A stretch of 24,288 nt of DNA from an uncultured Janthinobacterium sp. (GTDB lineage: Bacteria; Vulcanimicrobiota; Vulcanimicrobiia; Vulcanimicrobiales; Vulcanimicrobiaceae): assembly GCA_964658025.1 (NCBI GenBank), contig CAZZXB010000020.1, positions 1 through 24,288 on the forward strand. The letters are read 5' to 3'. Below the pieces are notes generated by a model. It saw only the letters and a list, made by a program, of their open reading frames with translations. It was not told where the DNA came from and made no database searches. Positions 8,374 through 15,971 of this stretch are shown here, piece by piece (the stretch's first letter is position 1; every line of letters starts with the position of its first letter). The position numbers and the translations under genes were made by a program.

Positions 8374-9372
8374 TTACCAATCCGCCGAGGGTACGGCGAA
8401 TCCGCCCGCGCTCACGACGGTCGGAACGAGTAATTTCTCGGCATCGTCTTCGCTCTCCACGTAGCGGTGGTCGAACGCGCCGTGGTTGGGAATGCTCGCG
8501 AGCGTCGGCTCCACGTCGGGGAGCGACCAGAGCTCGTCCGCGTCGACGGCCGTCCCTTCCATCGTCGCGGCGTTGCCCGAGAGCGCGACCATGAAATCGT
8601 GGAAATCGACTTGGTTGGGATAGTGCGCGGGCTCGTGATCGATCGCGTGGATCACCTTCGCGACGGCGGCCGAGACGAGCTCGTGGTGCGCGCCCTGCGC
8701 CGCGAGATCGTTCTGCGGAACGACCGGAAGCGACGCGAGCACGGGGACGCCGAGAAACTCGGCGAGCCGCGCGGCCTTGCCGCTGCCGTCGTCCTTGTTC
8801 ACGAAGAGGCCGAGGACGCGCGTCTTGCCGCCCTGATCGGCAAAATACTTCACCGCCGAAGCGATATTGTTGGCCGCGTACATCGACTGGCCTTCGTTAC
8901 TGCAGACGATGATGAGCTTGTCCGCCATCGAACGCGCGATCGGCGTGCCGAACCCGCCGCAGACGACGTCGCCGAGAAAATCGAGCAGCATGTAGTTGAA
9001 GTTCCACTCGGAGAGGCCCCACTTCTCGAGCAGGCCGAAACCGAAGGTGATCCCGCGACCGCCGCAACCGCGCGCGGATTCGGGTCCGCCGAGCTCGATG
9101 CAGTACACGCCGTCACCCTTGAAGATGATGTGTTCGGGCGCGAGTTCTTCGTCTCGGCCCTCTTTCTGAAACTGTGCCCACGTGCCGAGCACCGTCGGGA
9201 TGAACGCGCCGCCGAAATGCGTCACGACGCTGTCGTGCTTGGGATCGCAGCCCATCTGGAGTACGCGCCCGCCGCGTTCGGTGAGCGTTCGGGCGACCAT
9301 GCTCGTCAGGAACGACTTCCCGGCGCCGCCCTTGCCGTAAAACGCGACCGTGCTGTTCTTGCTTACGCCCAT
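8374..9372 (-). CDS. bchX: chlorophyllide a reductase iron protein subunit X
   Basis: YGKGGAGKS, GCDPKHDS, ELGGPESARGCGGRGI and DFLGDVVCGGFGTPIAR. ATG at 9372 overlaps the end of bchC. Confidence 0.93.
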   Translation of the reverse strand: MGVSKNSTVAFYGKGGAGKSFLTSMVARTLTERGGRVLQMGCDPKHDSVVTHFGGAFIPTVLGTWAQFQKEGRDEELAPEHIIFKGDGVYCIELGGPESARGCGGRGITFGFGLLEKWGLSEWNFNYMLLDFLGDVVCGGFGTPIARSMADKLIIVCSNEGQSMYAANNIASAVKYFADQGGKTRVLGLFVNKDDGSGKAARLAEFLGVPVLASLPVVPQNDLAAQGAHHELVSAAVAKVIHAIDHEPAHYPNQVDFHDFMVALSGNAATMEGTAVDADELWSLPDVEPTLASIPNHGAFDHRYVESEDDAEKLLVPTVVSAGGFAVPSADW

Positions 9373-10394
9373 TGCAGTATCACCTTCGGAACGGAGGGGT
9401 CGTGGAATGCGGTACGATACGCGCGCTCGTACTCGGCGATCGGCACGACGTGATCGGCGAGCGCGCCGACGCCGACCCGTCCGCTCGCGAGCGCGTCGCG
9501 CGCGGCGAGCAGATCGTCGTGCGCCCACTCGCGCGCGACGAACAGCGAGATCTCTTTCACGAACAGATCGACGTACGGCGCGCGCAACTCGTCGTAATAC
9601 GAGAGCGCGACGATCGCGCCGCCGGGTCGCAGCACCCGCGCGCACCGCGCGAGTTCTTCGGAGCGCCCCGTCGCCTCGACGACCGCGTCGAAGTCGCGCG
9701 CGACCGTCTCGAAATCGCTCGAGCCCGCGTCGAGGGTTTCCACGTCGACGTCGATGGCGAGCCGCGCCGTGACGACGTCCGCGCACGTGACGCGCGCGCC
9801 CGCGGCGTGCAAGAAGCGCGCCGCGAACTGCCCGATCGCGCCCATGCCGAGCACGAGGACGCGCGAACCGCGGACGTCGCCGAGCCGCCGCACGCCGTGG
9901 AGCGACGTCGCGGCGAGCGCGAGGAGCGGCGCCGTCGCGAGCGGGATGCCGCCGAGCGGGACGACGCGATCCGCGCGCTTGATCGTGCGCGCGGCCTGAC
10001 CGCCGAACACGCCCGCGACGTCCGTGTAACACATGCTCCCGCCGACGAACACCGCGTCGCCGACGGCGAGATCGCGCACGTCCGCGCCGACCCGCGCCAC
10101 GGTTCCCACGGCCTCGTAGCCCGGAACGAGCGGGAAGCGCAGCATCGGAAATCCCGGCAGCGCGCCGCCGAAGAGTAGTCGCTCGGTCCCCGTCGAGATC
10201 GACGAGAAGGCGGTATCGACGACCACTTCGTCCGGCCCCGCGACGCGGAGCGACACGTCGCGCGCGCCGAGCGTACCGACGCCTTCGAAGAGGATCGCAC
10301 GCGTCGTCTCACCGCTCGGAACGGGCGCCGGCGCCCCCGCGCCGTGCCCGTGACCGTGCGTCGCGGTCGCGTGCGCCGTCACGGTCCCGCTCAT
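9363..10394 (-). CDS. bchC: bacteriochlorophyllide a dehydrogenase (Zn-ADH/MDR family)
   Basis: SSISTGTERL, FPLVPGYEAVG, VFVGGSMCY..V.GVFGG, LLALAATSLH and AREW. ATGA overlap with the bchF stop; located between bchF and bchX. Confidence 0.9.
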   Translation of the reverse strand: MSGTVTAHATATHGHGHGAGAPAPVPSGETTRAILFEGVGTLGARDVSLRVAGPDEVVVDTAFSSISTGTERLLFGGALPGFPMLRFPLVPGYEAVGTVARVGADVRDLAVGDAVFVGGSMCYTDVAGVFGGQAARTIKRADRVVPLGGIPLATAPLLALAATSLHGVRRLGDVRGSRVLVLGMGAIGQFAARFLHAAGARVTCADVVTARLAIDVDVETLDAGSSDFETVARDFDAVVEATGRSEELARCARVLRPGGAIVALSYYDELRAPYVDLFVKEISLFVAREWAHDDLLAARDALASGRVGVGALADHVVPIAEYERAYRTAFHDPSVPKVILQWA

Positions 10395-10861
10395 GCGGCC
10401 TTCGGCAACGACTGCGCCTGGGTCGCCCGTTTCATCCGCTGCGTTTTGTGGATGTACTGCGCGACGTTCGCGAGATAGATCGCGTACGCGGCGCACAGGA
10501 TCGAGACGATCGCGTCGATCCGATCGGGATGCGCGTACGCGACCGAGAGATAGCCGATCTGCGTGATGAACACGATGAGCGTCATGACGTCTTCGGCGAG
10601 AAATTCCGGGGCGAACCACCAGTAGCCGTAGACGTCGTGCTCCCAGAGCGATCCCGTGATCACGGCGCCGACCATCAAGCCGATCTTCACGAGCACGGAG
10701 ACGTGGACGACGTGGAACGGCACGGCGTGGAAGGCGAACGCGATGAGGAGCCCGACGCTCACGAAGAACGCGAGCAGTTGGCCGATCGCGAACAGCGGGT
10801 GTACCAGCGTCCAGATGCTCGCCGCTCGTCGCCGAACGACCTCGGGTCCAACCTCCGGCAT
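10391..10861 (-). CDS. bchF: 2-vinyl bacteriochlorophyllide hydratase
   Basis: RRAASIWTLV, SVLVK, ITGSLWEHDVYG..FAPEFLAEDV and AYAIYLANVAQY. Start chosen at ATG 10861 because of the GGAGGG RBS and the promoter just upstream. Confidence 0.9.
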   Translation of the reverse strand: MPEVGPEVVRRRAASIWTLVHPLFAIGQLLAFFVSVGLLIAFAFHAVPFHVVHVSVLVKIGLMVGAVITGSLWEHDVYGYWWFAPEFLAEDVMTLIVFITQIGYLSVAYAHPDRIDAIVSILCAAYAIYLANVAQYIHKTQRMKRATQAQSLPKAA

Positions 10862-10879
10862 CAAAGCCCTCCGCTCCGG

Positions 10880-10922
10880 AGTGTAGGACCGCGACGCTCG
10901 GGCCTCGGTGATACCCATCACC
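10880..10922 (-). promoter_or_regulatory. predicted Crp-activated class II promoter of bchFCXYZ
   Basis: Palindrome GGTGAT-N4-ATCACC (10907-10922; GTGA-N6-TCAC core), then 22 nt, then -10 TACACT (10885-10880). Confidence 0.7.
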
Positions 10923-10923
10923 C

Positions 10924-10963
10924 AACGAAAACGGAGCGCCCCGGTCGCCCGGCGGTCGCTCCG
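10924..10963 (-). terminator. intrinsic terminator after the puf-crp unit
   Basis: Minus strand reads CGGAGCG..CCGG-GCGA-CCGG..CGCTCCG, a GC stem with a GNRA loop, followed by TTTTCGTT. Confidence 0.65.
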
Positions 10964-10983
10964 CGGATCCGCGTCGGTTCGGC

Positions 10984-11667
10984 CTAGACGATCAGCGCTT
11001 CGAGCGATCCCAGGTCGAGCAATTCCAGCGACTGACCCGCCGCGGAGTCGCGCACGTAGCCCTTCTGCCGGAAGCGCGCCATGTTGCGCGAGACCGTCTC
11101 GCGCGCCGTGCCGATCATGTTCGCGATATCCTGATGCGTCACGGGCAGGTCGATCCGCACGCCGGTATCGGTCGGCACGCCGTATTGCTGGGAGAACTTC
11201 ACGAGCACGCGCGCGAGACGCGACGCGACGTCGCGACCGCGAAAATCGTCGAGCAACGTCAGCGCATCGCTCACCTGTTCGGAGACGCGCTGCATGAAGA
11301 ACGTGAGCCGTTCCGGGCGTTCGAGTAAGAAGGCCTCGAAGCTCGCGTTCTCGATCGCGTAGACGTCGCTCGGCTCCATCGCTTCGACGAAGACCTCGCG
11401 CCAATAGCCGTTGAGCACGGCGCGGTCGCTCCAGATCGATCCCGCCTGCAAGATCGTGATCAAGATTTCGCGACCGCTCGCGAGAAGCTTCGTGACCTTC
11501 AACGTGCCCGTGCCGCAGTAGAACGTTCTTTCCGGATGTGCGTCCGAATCGGAGAGCATCGCCCCCGATTCGTAGCGTCGCGCGCCGTGCTCTTCGAAGA
11601 GTTGCACGAGCGAACTTTCCGGCGTTGCGATCACCGTCGCACTGGGCAGACTCCAGAACAGATCCAA
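10984..11667 (-). CDS. Crp/Fnr-family transcriptional regulator
   Basis: cNMP-binding-like fold (GTLKVTKLLASGREILITILQAG) and HTH DLPVTHQDIANMIGTARETVSR. Start uncertain: TTG 11667 or GTG 11634. Confidence 0.88.
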   Translation of the reverse strand: MDLFWSLPSATVIATPESSLVQLFEEHGARRYESGAMLSDSDAHPERTFYCGTGTLKVTKLLASGREILITILQAGSIWSDRAVLNGYWREVFVEAMEPSDVYAIENASFEAFLLERPERLTFFMQRVSEQVSDALTLLDDFRGRDVASRLARVLVKFSQQYGVPTDTGVRIDLPVTHQDIANMIGTARETVSRNMARFRQKGYVRDSAAGQSLELLDLGSLEALIV

Positions 11668-11668
11668 C

Positions 11669-12658
11669 CTATTGGCCCACCCCTGAATCCAGATGCGCTC
11701 CGGGATTCTCCGAATACTCCGGATGTGCGGCAAAGGCTTGAACCGGGGTTTGGTCGAGCCCTGCTTTGACGAGCGCGCTCGGCCATTTCGCGCCCTGGTG
11801 ACAGGTGTAACACGTGACCGCCTTGACGTTCGGCGGGAGATATTTGTGGTTGATGTCGTCGACCATCGCCCACATCCGGTGCGCGATCTTGTTGGTCGGA
11901 TAGTACTGCAGCGTGATGAAGTCGGCGCTGTTGTGGCAGAAGAGACAGTTCACGCCGAGGGACTTCACGGCCGAATACATCGAGTTCACGACGTAGCCCG
12001 CTTGCTTGGTGGACTTGTGCGTGTAATCGAGATACTGGACCGGGACCACGTTGTACTTCACGCCCATGAGCGGCGCGCCGCGATGGCAGGTGACGCACCC
12101 GACGGCGCCGTTGACGGCGTAGTTCGGATAGTCGCGCTTCACGGGTTCGATCCACGCGGTCTGCACGCCGTTGGACATGATCTGCATCGTGCGCGCGATC
12201 TTTTTCGTCGCGGTGTCGTACGCGAAGTTGTTCGTGTTGTGGCAGTACGAACACTGGACGCCGAGCGCTTGCGTATACTTTCCCATGTAGACGACGAGTT
12301 GGACGTACGTCAGGCCCTTGAGCACCTGGACGTTGTAGAGCTGTCCGCCGACGTAGGTATGCGGCACGGACTTCGGCTGGTGCGAGAAATCGAGCGGCGC
12401 CTTCTGATCGACCGGACCGTACTGGTGCGTGTAGATCTGTTCCGCGCGCTCGTCGATCTCGGCACCGTTTTGCGCCGGATTGACGAGCAGGTTCGGCGAG
12501 ATCTGCGAGGCTTCGGTCCCCGGCCGCGCCATGTCGGCGGGGATCCCTTGCGACGGCGTATTCGGGCCGTCCGCGGCGCGCGCGCCGAAGAACGGCGCGA
12601 CGGAACTGCCCACGACCACGAGCGCCGCGAGCGCGAGCGGTCCGAAGAGCTTGCGCAT
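11669..12658 (-). CDS. pufC: reaction-centre tetraheme cytochrome c subunit
   Basis: Four CxxCH motifs (CSYCH, CVTCH, CLFCH, CYTCH), YNVQVLKGL and an N-terminal signal sequence. TGATG overlap with pufM. Confidence 0.93.
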   Translation of the reverse strand: MRKLFGPLALAALVVVGSSVAPFFGARAADGPNTPSQGIPADMARPGTEASQISPNLLVNPAQNGAEIDERAEQIYTHQYGPVDQKAPLDFSHQPKSVPHTYVGGQLYNVQVLKGLTYVQLVVYMGKYTQALGVQCSYCHNTNNFAYDTATKKIARTMQIMSNGVQTAWIEPVKRDYPNYAVNGAVGCVTCHRGAPLMGVKYNVVPVQYLDYTHKSTKQAGYVVNSMYSAVKSLGVNCLFCHNSADFITLQYYPTNKIAHRMWAMVDDINHKYLPPNVKAVTCYTCHQGAKWPSALVKAGLDQTPVQAFAAHPEYSENPGAHLDSGVGQ

Positions 12659-13680
12659 CAGTAGCCGCCCTGCGACGACGTGACGCCCGGCTGCTCGATC
12701 GTACGGATGCCGACCGACGGCGGTTGCGACGAATCGTTGATCGCCGTTCGCGTCATCGGACCGTATTGTTGGACCCAACCGTGATCGACGCCCCAGACGT
12801 ACCAGTCTTTGACGAGCGTTCCCGTCGTGATGATGCCGAGCGCGGACGCGAGGACGGTGCCCATCGAGAACCACAGGAGCCAGTCGTGAATCGTTTTCGG
12901 ATTCGCGTTGAACCCCATCGTCCAGCGCCAGAACAGCATCGACTTGTGCGAGCCCGAGTGCATGTCTTTGATCTCGGCGTCTTCGAGATGGCTCCCCTCG
13001 GAGGCCGTCGCGAGGATCGTCGCGCCGTGCATGCCCCAGAGCATCGTCGATCCGAACAGAAAGAAGATCGCGAGCATGTGCCAGGGGTTGTAGTACAGGT
13101 TGCCCCAGAGCACGCTGAAGTTCTGCGCCCAGTCGATGTCGGAGTTGAGCCCGAGCGCGGGCGCCTCGGCCCACGAGTGCATCGCGAGCGGCCGGAACAC
13201 CCAGATCGTCGCCGTCAGCAAGATCGCCGAGAGCCACGCGAAGAGCAGATACGGACGCCACTGATAGCGCACGAGGCGATCGTAACAACGGCCGGCCCAG
13301 CACAGCACCGCGAGTGCCCAGAGCATGAGGTTGATCTGCCAGAAGCCGCCCTGGGAGAGCGAGGGCGCGAGACCGAGCCCTTCGGGCGGCTGGATCTGGA
13401 CGTTCGCGAAATACTTGACGAGCAGGAGCACGTTGCCTTGCATCTGTTGGATGCCGGCGAACGTGAGCACGCCGAGTCCGGCGACGAAGAAGAACACCGA
13501 GAACATGCCCCAGGTCCCGAGCCAGAGCGTCCCGATCTGCGTCGACATGCCGAAGCGCGCGAGGAGCGGGATGTGGAACGGAACGCCGACGCGGACGCCG
13601 ACGGGATCCGCGTCGTCGACGCGACTCGGGCCGGGCATTTCGATGGATGGGATGCGCGGTCGCGCTAGTATCGTTGCCAT
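12658..13680 (-). CDS. pufM: type-II photosynthetic reaction centre M subunit
   Basis: QIGTLWLG, GNLYYNPWHMLAI, MHGATILA, LFWRWTMGFNA and TIHDW. Special-pair and Fe ligands (H202, H219, E234, H266 equivalents) are present. Confidence 0.97.
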   Translation of the reverse strand: MATILARPRIPSIEMPGPSRVDDADPVGVRVGVPFHIPLLARFGMSTQIGTLWLGTWGMFSVFFFVAGLGVLTFAGIQQMQGNVLLLVKYFANVQIQPPEGLGLAPSLSQGGFWQINLMLWALAVLCWAGRCYDRLVRYQWRPYLLFAWLSAILLTATIWVFRPLAMHSWAEAPALGLNSDIDWAQNFSVLWGNLYYNPWHMLAIFFLFGSTMLWGMHGATILATASEGSHLEDAEIKDMHSGSHKSMLFWRWTMGFNANPKTIHDWLLWFSMGTVLASALGIITTGTLVKDWYVWGVDHGWVQQYGPMTRTAINDSSQPPSVGIRTIEQPGVTSSQGGY

Positions 13681-13692
13681 CGCTTTACGCCT

Positions 13693-14511
13693 TTAGTGAA
13701 ACCACGGAATTTGGAAGTGCCAGAAGTCGACCCAATCTTTGACGACGGGACCCGACGTAAGGATACAGAGATCCGACATGACCAAAGTGTAGATCGCGAG
13801 CCAGAACCCGAGAACGTGGATGCCGAGTTCGCCGATCGAGTAGCCGATGTAATCGCGCCAGAAGTTGTCGACGTTGGCCGTTTCGACCGAAGGATCGGCG
13901 TTCGTGTTGTACGTTCCGAGGATCGCGCTGCCGTGCATCGCGAGCACCATCGCCGTCAGGAAGAACCCGAGGATGGCGTACGCGTGGAACGGGTTGAGAT
14001 AGAAATTATCGTATTTGAAGCCGGTGTTCGAAACCCACGTCAGGTGGCCCGTGAAGCCGAGATCGAAGCCCTCGCACCAGCATCCGAGCAAGAGCGGCCG
14101 GATGACCTCGAGCACGAGAAACGCCGAGATCGCGAAGCTGAACATGATCGGCACGTGAAAGCCCATCTCGAGCTTGCGGCAGATCTCGACCTCGCGTAGC
14201 GCCCAAGCGACGAAGGCGATCGCCGCGAATATGATGATGAGCTCCCAGTTGCCGCCCTGGTAGAACGGCGCGAAGCCCAGACCGTATTGACGGAGCGGCG
14301 CCCCGATCGTGACGCGCAAAAGATCGCCGTCGTTCTGAGCGGCGATCGAGAGCGCGATGACGAGGATGCCGAAGATCGACGCACCGACGGAGATCGCGCC
14401 GAAGATGCCGACGTAGAAACGACCGACCCAAAAATCGAACGGGTCGTCCCCGAGGATCTCGGTGAGGAAGGTCCCTCCACGCTTACGATAGACGCCTTCG
14501 AAACTGAGCAT
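13693..14511 (-). CDS. pufL: type-II photosynthetic reaction centre L subunit
   Basis: MLSFE, FDFWVGRFYVG, WALREVEICRKL, HLTWVSNTG, NPFH, AMHG and GYSIGELGIH. AGGAG RBS. Confidence 0.97.
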   Translation of the reverse strand: MLSFEGVYRKRGGTFLTEILGDDPFDFWVGRFYVGIFGAISVGASIFGILVIALSIAAQNDGDLLRVTIGAPLRQYGLGFAPFYQGGNWELIIIFAAIAFVAWALREVEICRKLEMGFHVPIMFSFAISAFLVLEVIRPLLLGCWCEGFDLGFTGHLTWVSNTGFKYDNFYLNPFHAYAILGFFLTAMVLAMHGSAILGTYNTNADPSVETANVDNFWRDYIGYSIGELGIHVLGFWLAIYTLVMSDLCILTSGPVVKDWVDFWHFQIPWFH

Positions 14512-14536
14512 GACCGCATCTCCTACCTACGCGTGA

Positions 14537-14562
14537 GGGCACGTCCGAACGTCGGACGTCCC
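14537..14562. other. intercistronic stem-loop between pufA and pufL
   Basis: ACGTCCGA-ACG-TCGGACGT, a perfect 8-bp stem (14541-14559), extendable by GGG/CCC. Confidence 0.6.
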
Positions 14563-14587
14563 GTTGACCTTTACGTGCGTGCGAGCT

Positions 14588-14764
14588 TTATTTTGCTCCG
14601 GGCGCGGGCGCCGGCGCCGTGACCTGCGTCGCCGTCTGCGGGAAGATCCAGTTGTACTTCGGCGACGACAACACGATGAAGTGGATCAGAAATGCGACGA
14701 CGAGCCCCGCCGCGCAATAGGCGCCGAGCACGGCGCGGAAATTGTACGTCTTGCGAACCAACAT
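14588..14764 (-). CDS. pufA: light-harvesting antenna alpha polypeptide
   Basis: 58 aa MLVRKTYNFRAVL...VVAFLIHFIVLSSPKYNW with the BChl-ligating His and Trp+11. RBS AAGGGG; between pufB and pufL. Confidence 0.9.
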   Translation of the reverse strand: MLVRKTYNFRAVLGAYCAAGLVVAFLIHFIVLSSPKYNWIFPQTATQVTAPAPAPGAK

Positions 14765-14775
14765 GGCGTTTCCCC

Positions 14776-14964
14776 TTACCACGGCTTCCAGAGCCAGACG
14801 CCGATGTGCGCGAGCACGGCGACCGCGAAAAATACCCAAGATCCATAGACGGTCAGCGTGTGCTGCGTCCAGTCGCCGTTATCGAAAAACGGACGGTAGA
14901 CTTCGGGAACCTGATCGTTCCCGACTTCGTAAACTCCGGCGGTTGCCGGATCGAGCGTTGCCAT
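14776..14964 (-). CDS. pufB: light-harvesting antenna beta polypeptide
   Basis: 62 aa. AVAVLAH...WLWKPW (His, Trp+9) plus an N-terminal DQVPEVYRPFFDNGDWTQH segment. Confidence 0.92.
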   Translation of the reverse strand: MATLDPATAGVYEVGNDQVPEVYRPFFDNGDWTQHTLTVYGSWVFFAVAVLAHIGVWLWKPW

Positions 14965-15020
14965 TGCGGCGTTCTCCCCTCTCGAAGTGCGAAGCTCCGA
15001 TCCCGTCGGTGCTCCGCAAC

Positions 15021-15063
15021 ATCATATCGCTTCGGGAGTCCCGGACGGTGTAGCGCGTGCTAC
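15021..15063 (-). promoter_or_regulatory. predicted Crp-family-activated class II promoter of pufBALMC-crp
   Basis: Palindrome GTAGC-N4-GCTAC (15050-15063), then 23 nt, then -10 TATGAT (15026-15021). Confidence 0.6.
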
Positions 15064-15065
15064 CG

Positions 15066-15971
15066 TCAGCGCGTCTGCGCGAGGGCGACGCCGAGCGCGG
15101 AGACGATTTTGGAGCGGAGCGGCACGTACGCGCGCCGGCCGAAGACGTCGTAGCCGTTCGCCTCGATCGCCCCGAGGATCCGCCGATAGAGCGTCAGCGC
15201 GAGGCGGACCGTGTAACGGGCGTCGGGGGCGAGGAGCGCGATCCCGGGCTCGGCGCGCTCGTACAAGTCGCGGACGCGGGCGATCTGGAACCGCATGAGC
15301 GCGACGAAGCGCTCGTCGAGGACGTGGGCGAAGATCTCCCGCTCGCCGTAGTCGAAGCGCAGCAGATCCTCGCGCGGCAGATAGACGCGTCCCATGAGCG
15401 CGTCCTCGCCGACGTCGCGCAGGATGTTCGTGAGCTGCATGGCCCGCCCGAGGGCGACGCCGTATTCGAGCGCCTCGGGCGTCGCGTAACCGAGGATCGG
15501 CGCGACGAGCAGTCCGACCGTCGACGCGACGAGATAGCAGTATTCGCCGAGTTCGTCGTACGTCTCGTACGAGCGGACCGTCACGTCCATCCGCGCGCCG
15601 CGCAGGAGCGCGAGCGCGGGTTCGAGCGGGATCGCGAAGCGGGCGGTCGCGTCGGCGTACGCCGCGAAAATCGGTCCCACGGGTTCGCCCGCGACGCAGG
15701 CCAGCAGTTCTCGTTCGAGGCGATCGATGGCCCCGAGCCGATCGCCCGCGGGCGCGATCCGATCCACGAGGTCGTCCGCCGTCCGGCAGAACGCGTAGAC
15801 CGCCCACACGGCACGTCGTTTCTCGGGAGCGAGAAACAGCGACGCGAGATAGAACGTCTTCGATGCGGCTTGCGTGATCTCGCGGCACGTGGCGTACGCC
15901 GCTCGGACGTACGGCGAGGTGTCGCCGACCTCTCGCTCGGCGACGGCGACCCCGAGACTACGCTCGAACAC
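15066..15971 (-). CDS. crtB: phytoene synthase
   Basis: SKTFYLAS, VYAFCRTADDLVD, YCYLVASTVG, LGRAMQLTNILRDVGED and GRVYLP. GTG start at 15971 overlaps the end of the desaturase gene. Confidence 0.93.
   Translation of the reverse strand: MFERSLGVAVAEREVGDTSPYVRAAYATCREITQAASKTFYLASLFLAPEKRRAVWAVYAFCRTADDLVDRIAPAGDRLGAIDRLERELLACVAGEPVGPIFAAYADATARFAIPLEPALALLRGARMDVTVRSYETYDELGEYCYLVASTVGLLVAPILGYATPEALEYGVALGRAMQLTNILRDVGEDALMGRVYLPREDLLRFDYGEREIFAHVLDERFVALMRFQIARVRDLYERAEPGIALLAPDARYTVRLALTLYRRILGAIEANGYDVFGRRAYVPLRSKIVSALGVALAQTR

Noticed and set aside
8374..9372. NifH-like motifs suggesting nitrogenase, or BchL of DPOR
   Set aside because: DFLGDVVCGGF and GCGGRG plus adjacent BchY/BchZ signatures identify chlorophyllide reductase.
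10862..11404. Longer bchF starts (ATG 10918 or the track start 11404)
   Set aside because: They overlap the predicted promoter, terminator or crp gene. ATG 10861 has an RBS and gives a typical BchF N-terminus.
12658..14511. Fused pufLM as in Roseiflexus
   Set aside because: pufL has its own TAA stop at 13693-13695, and pufM starts 12 nt later.
15044..15067. Inverted repeat after crtB read as an intrinsic terminator
   Set aside because: There is no U-tract on the minus strand, and its position relative to TATGAT fits an activator site better. A dual role is not excluded.
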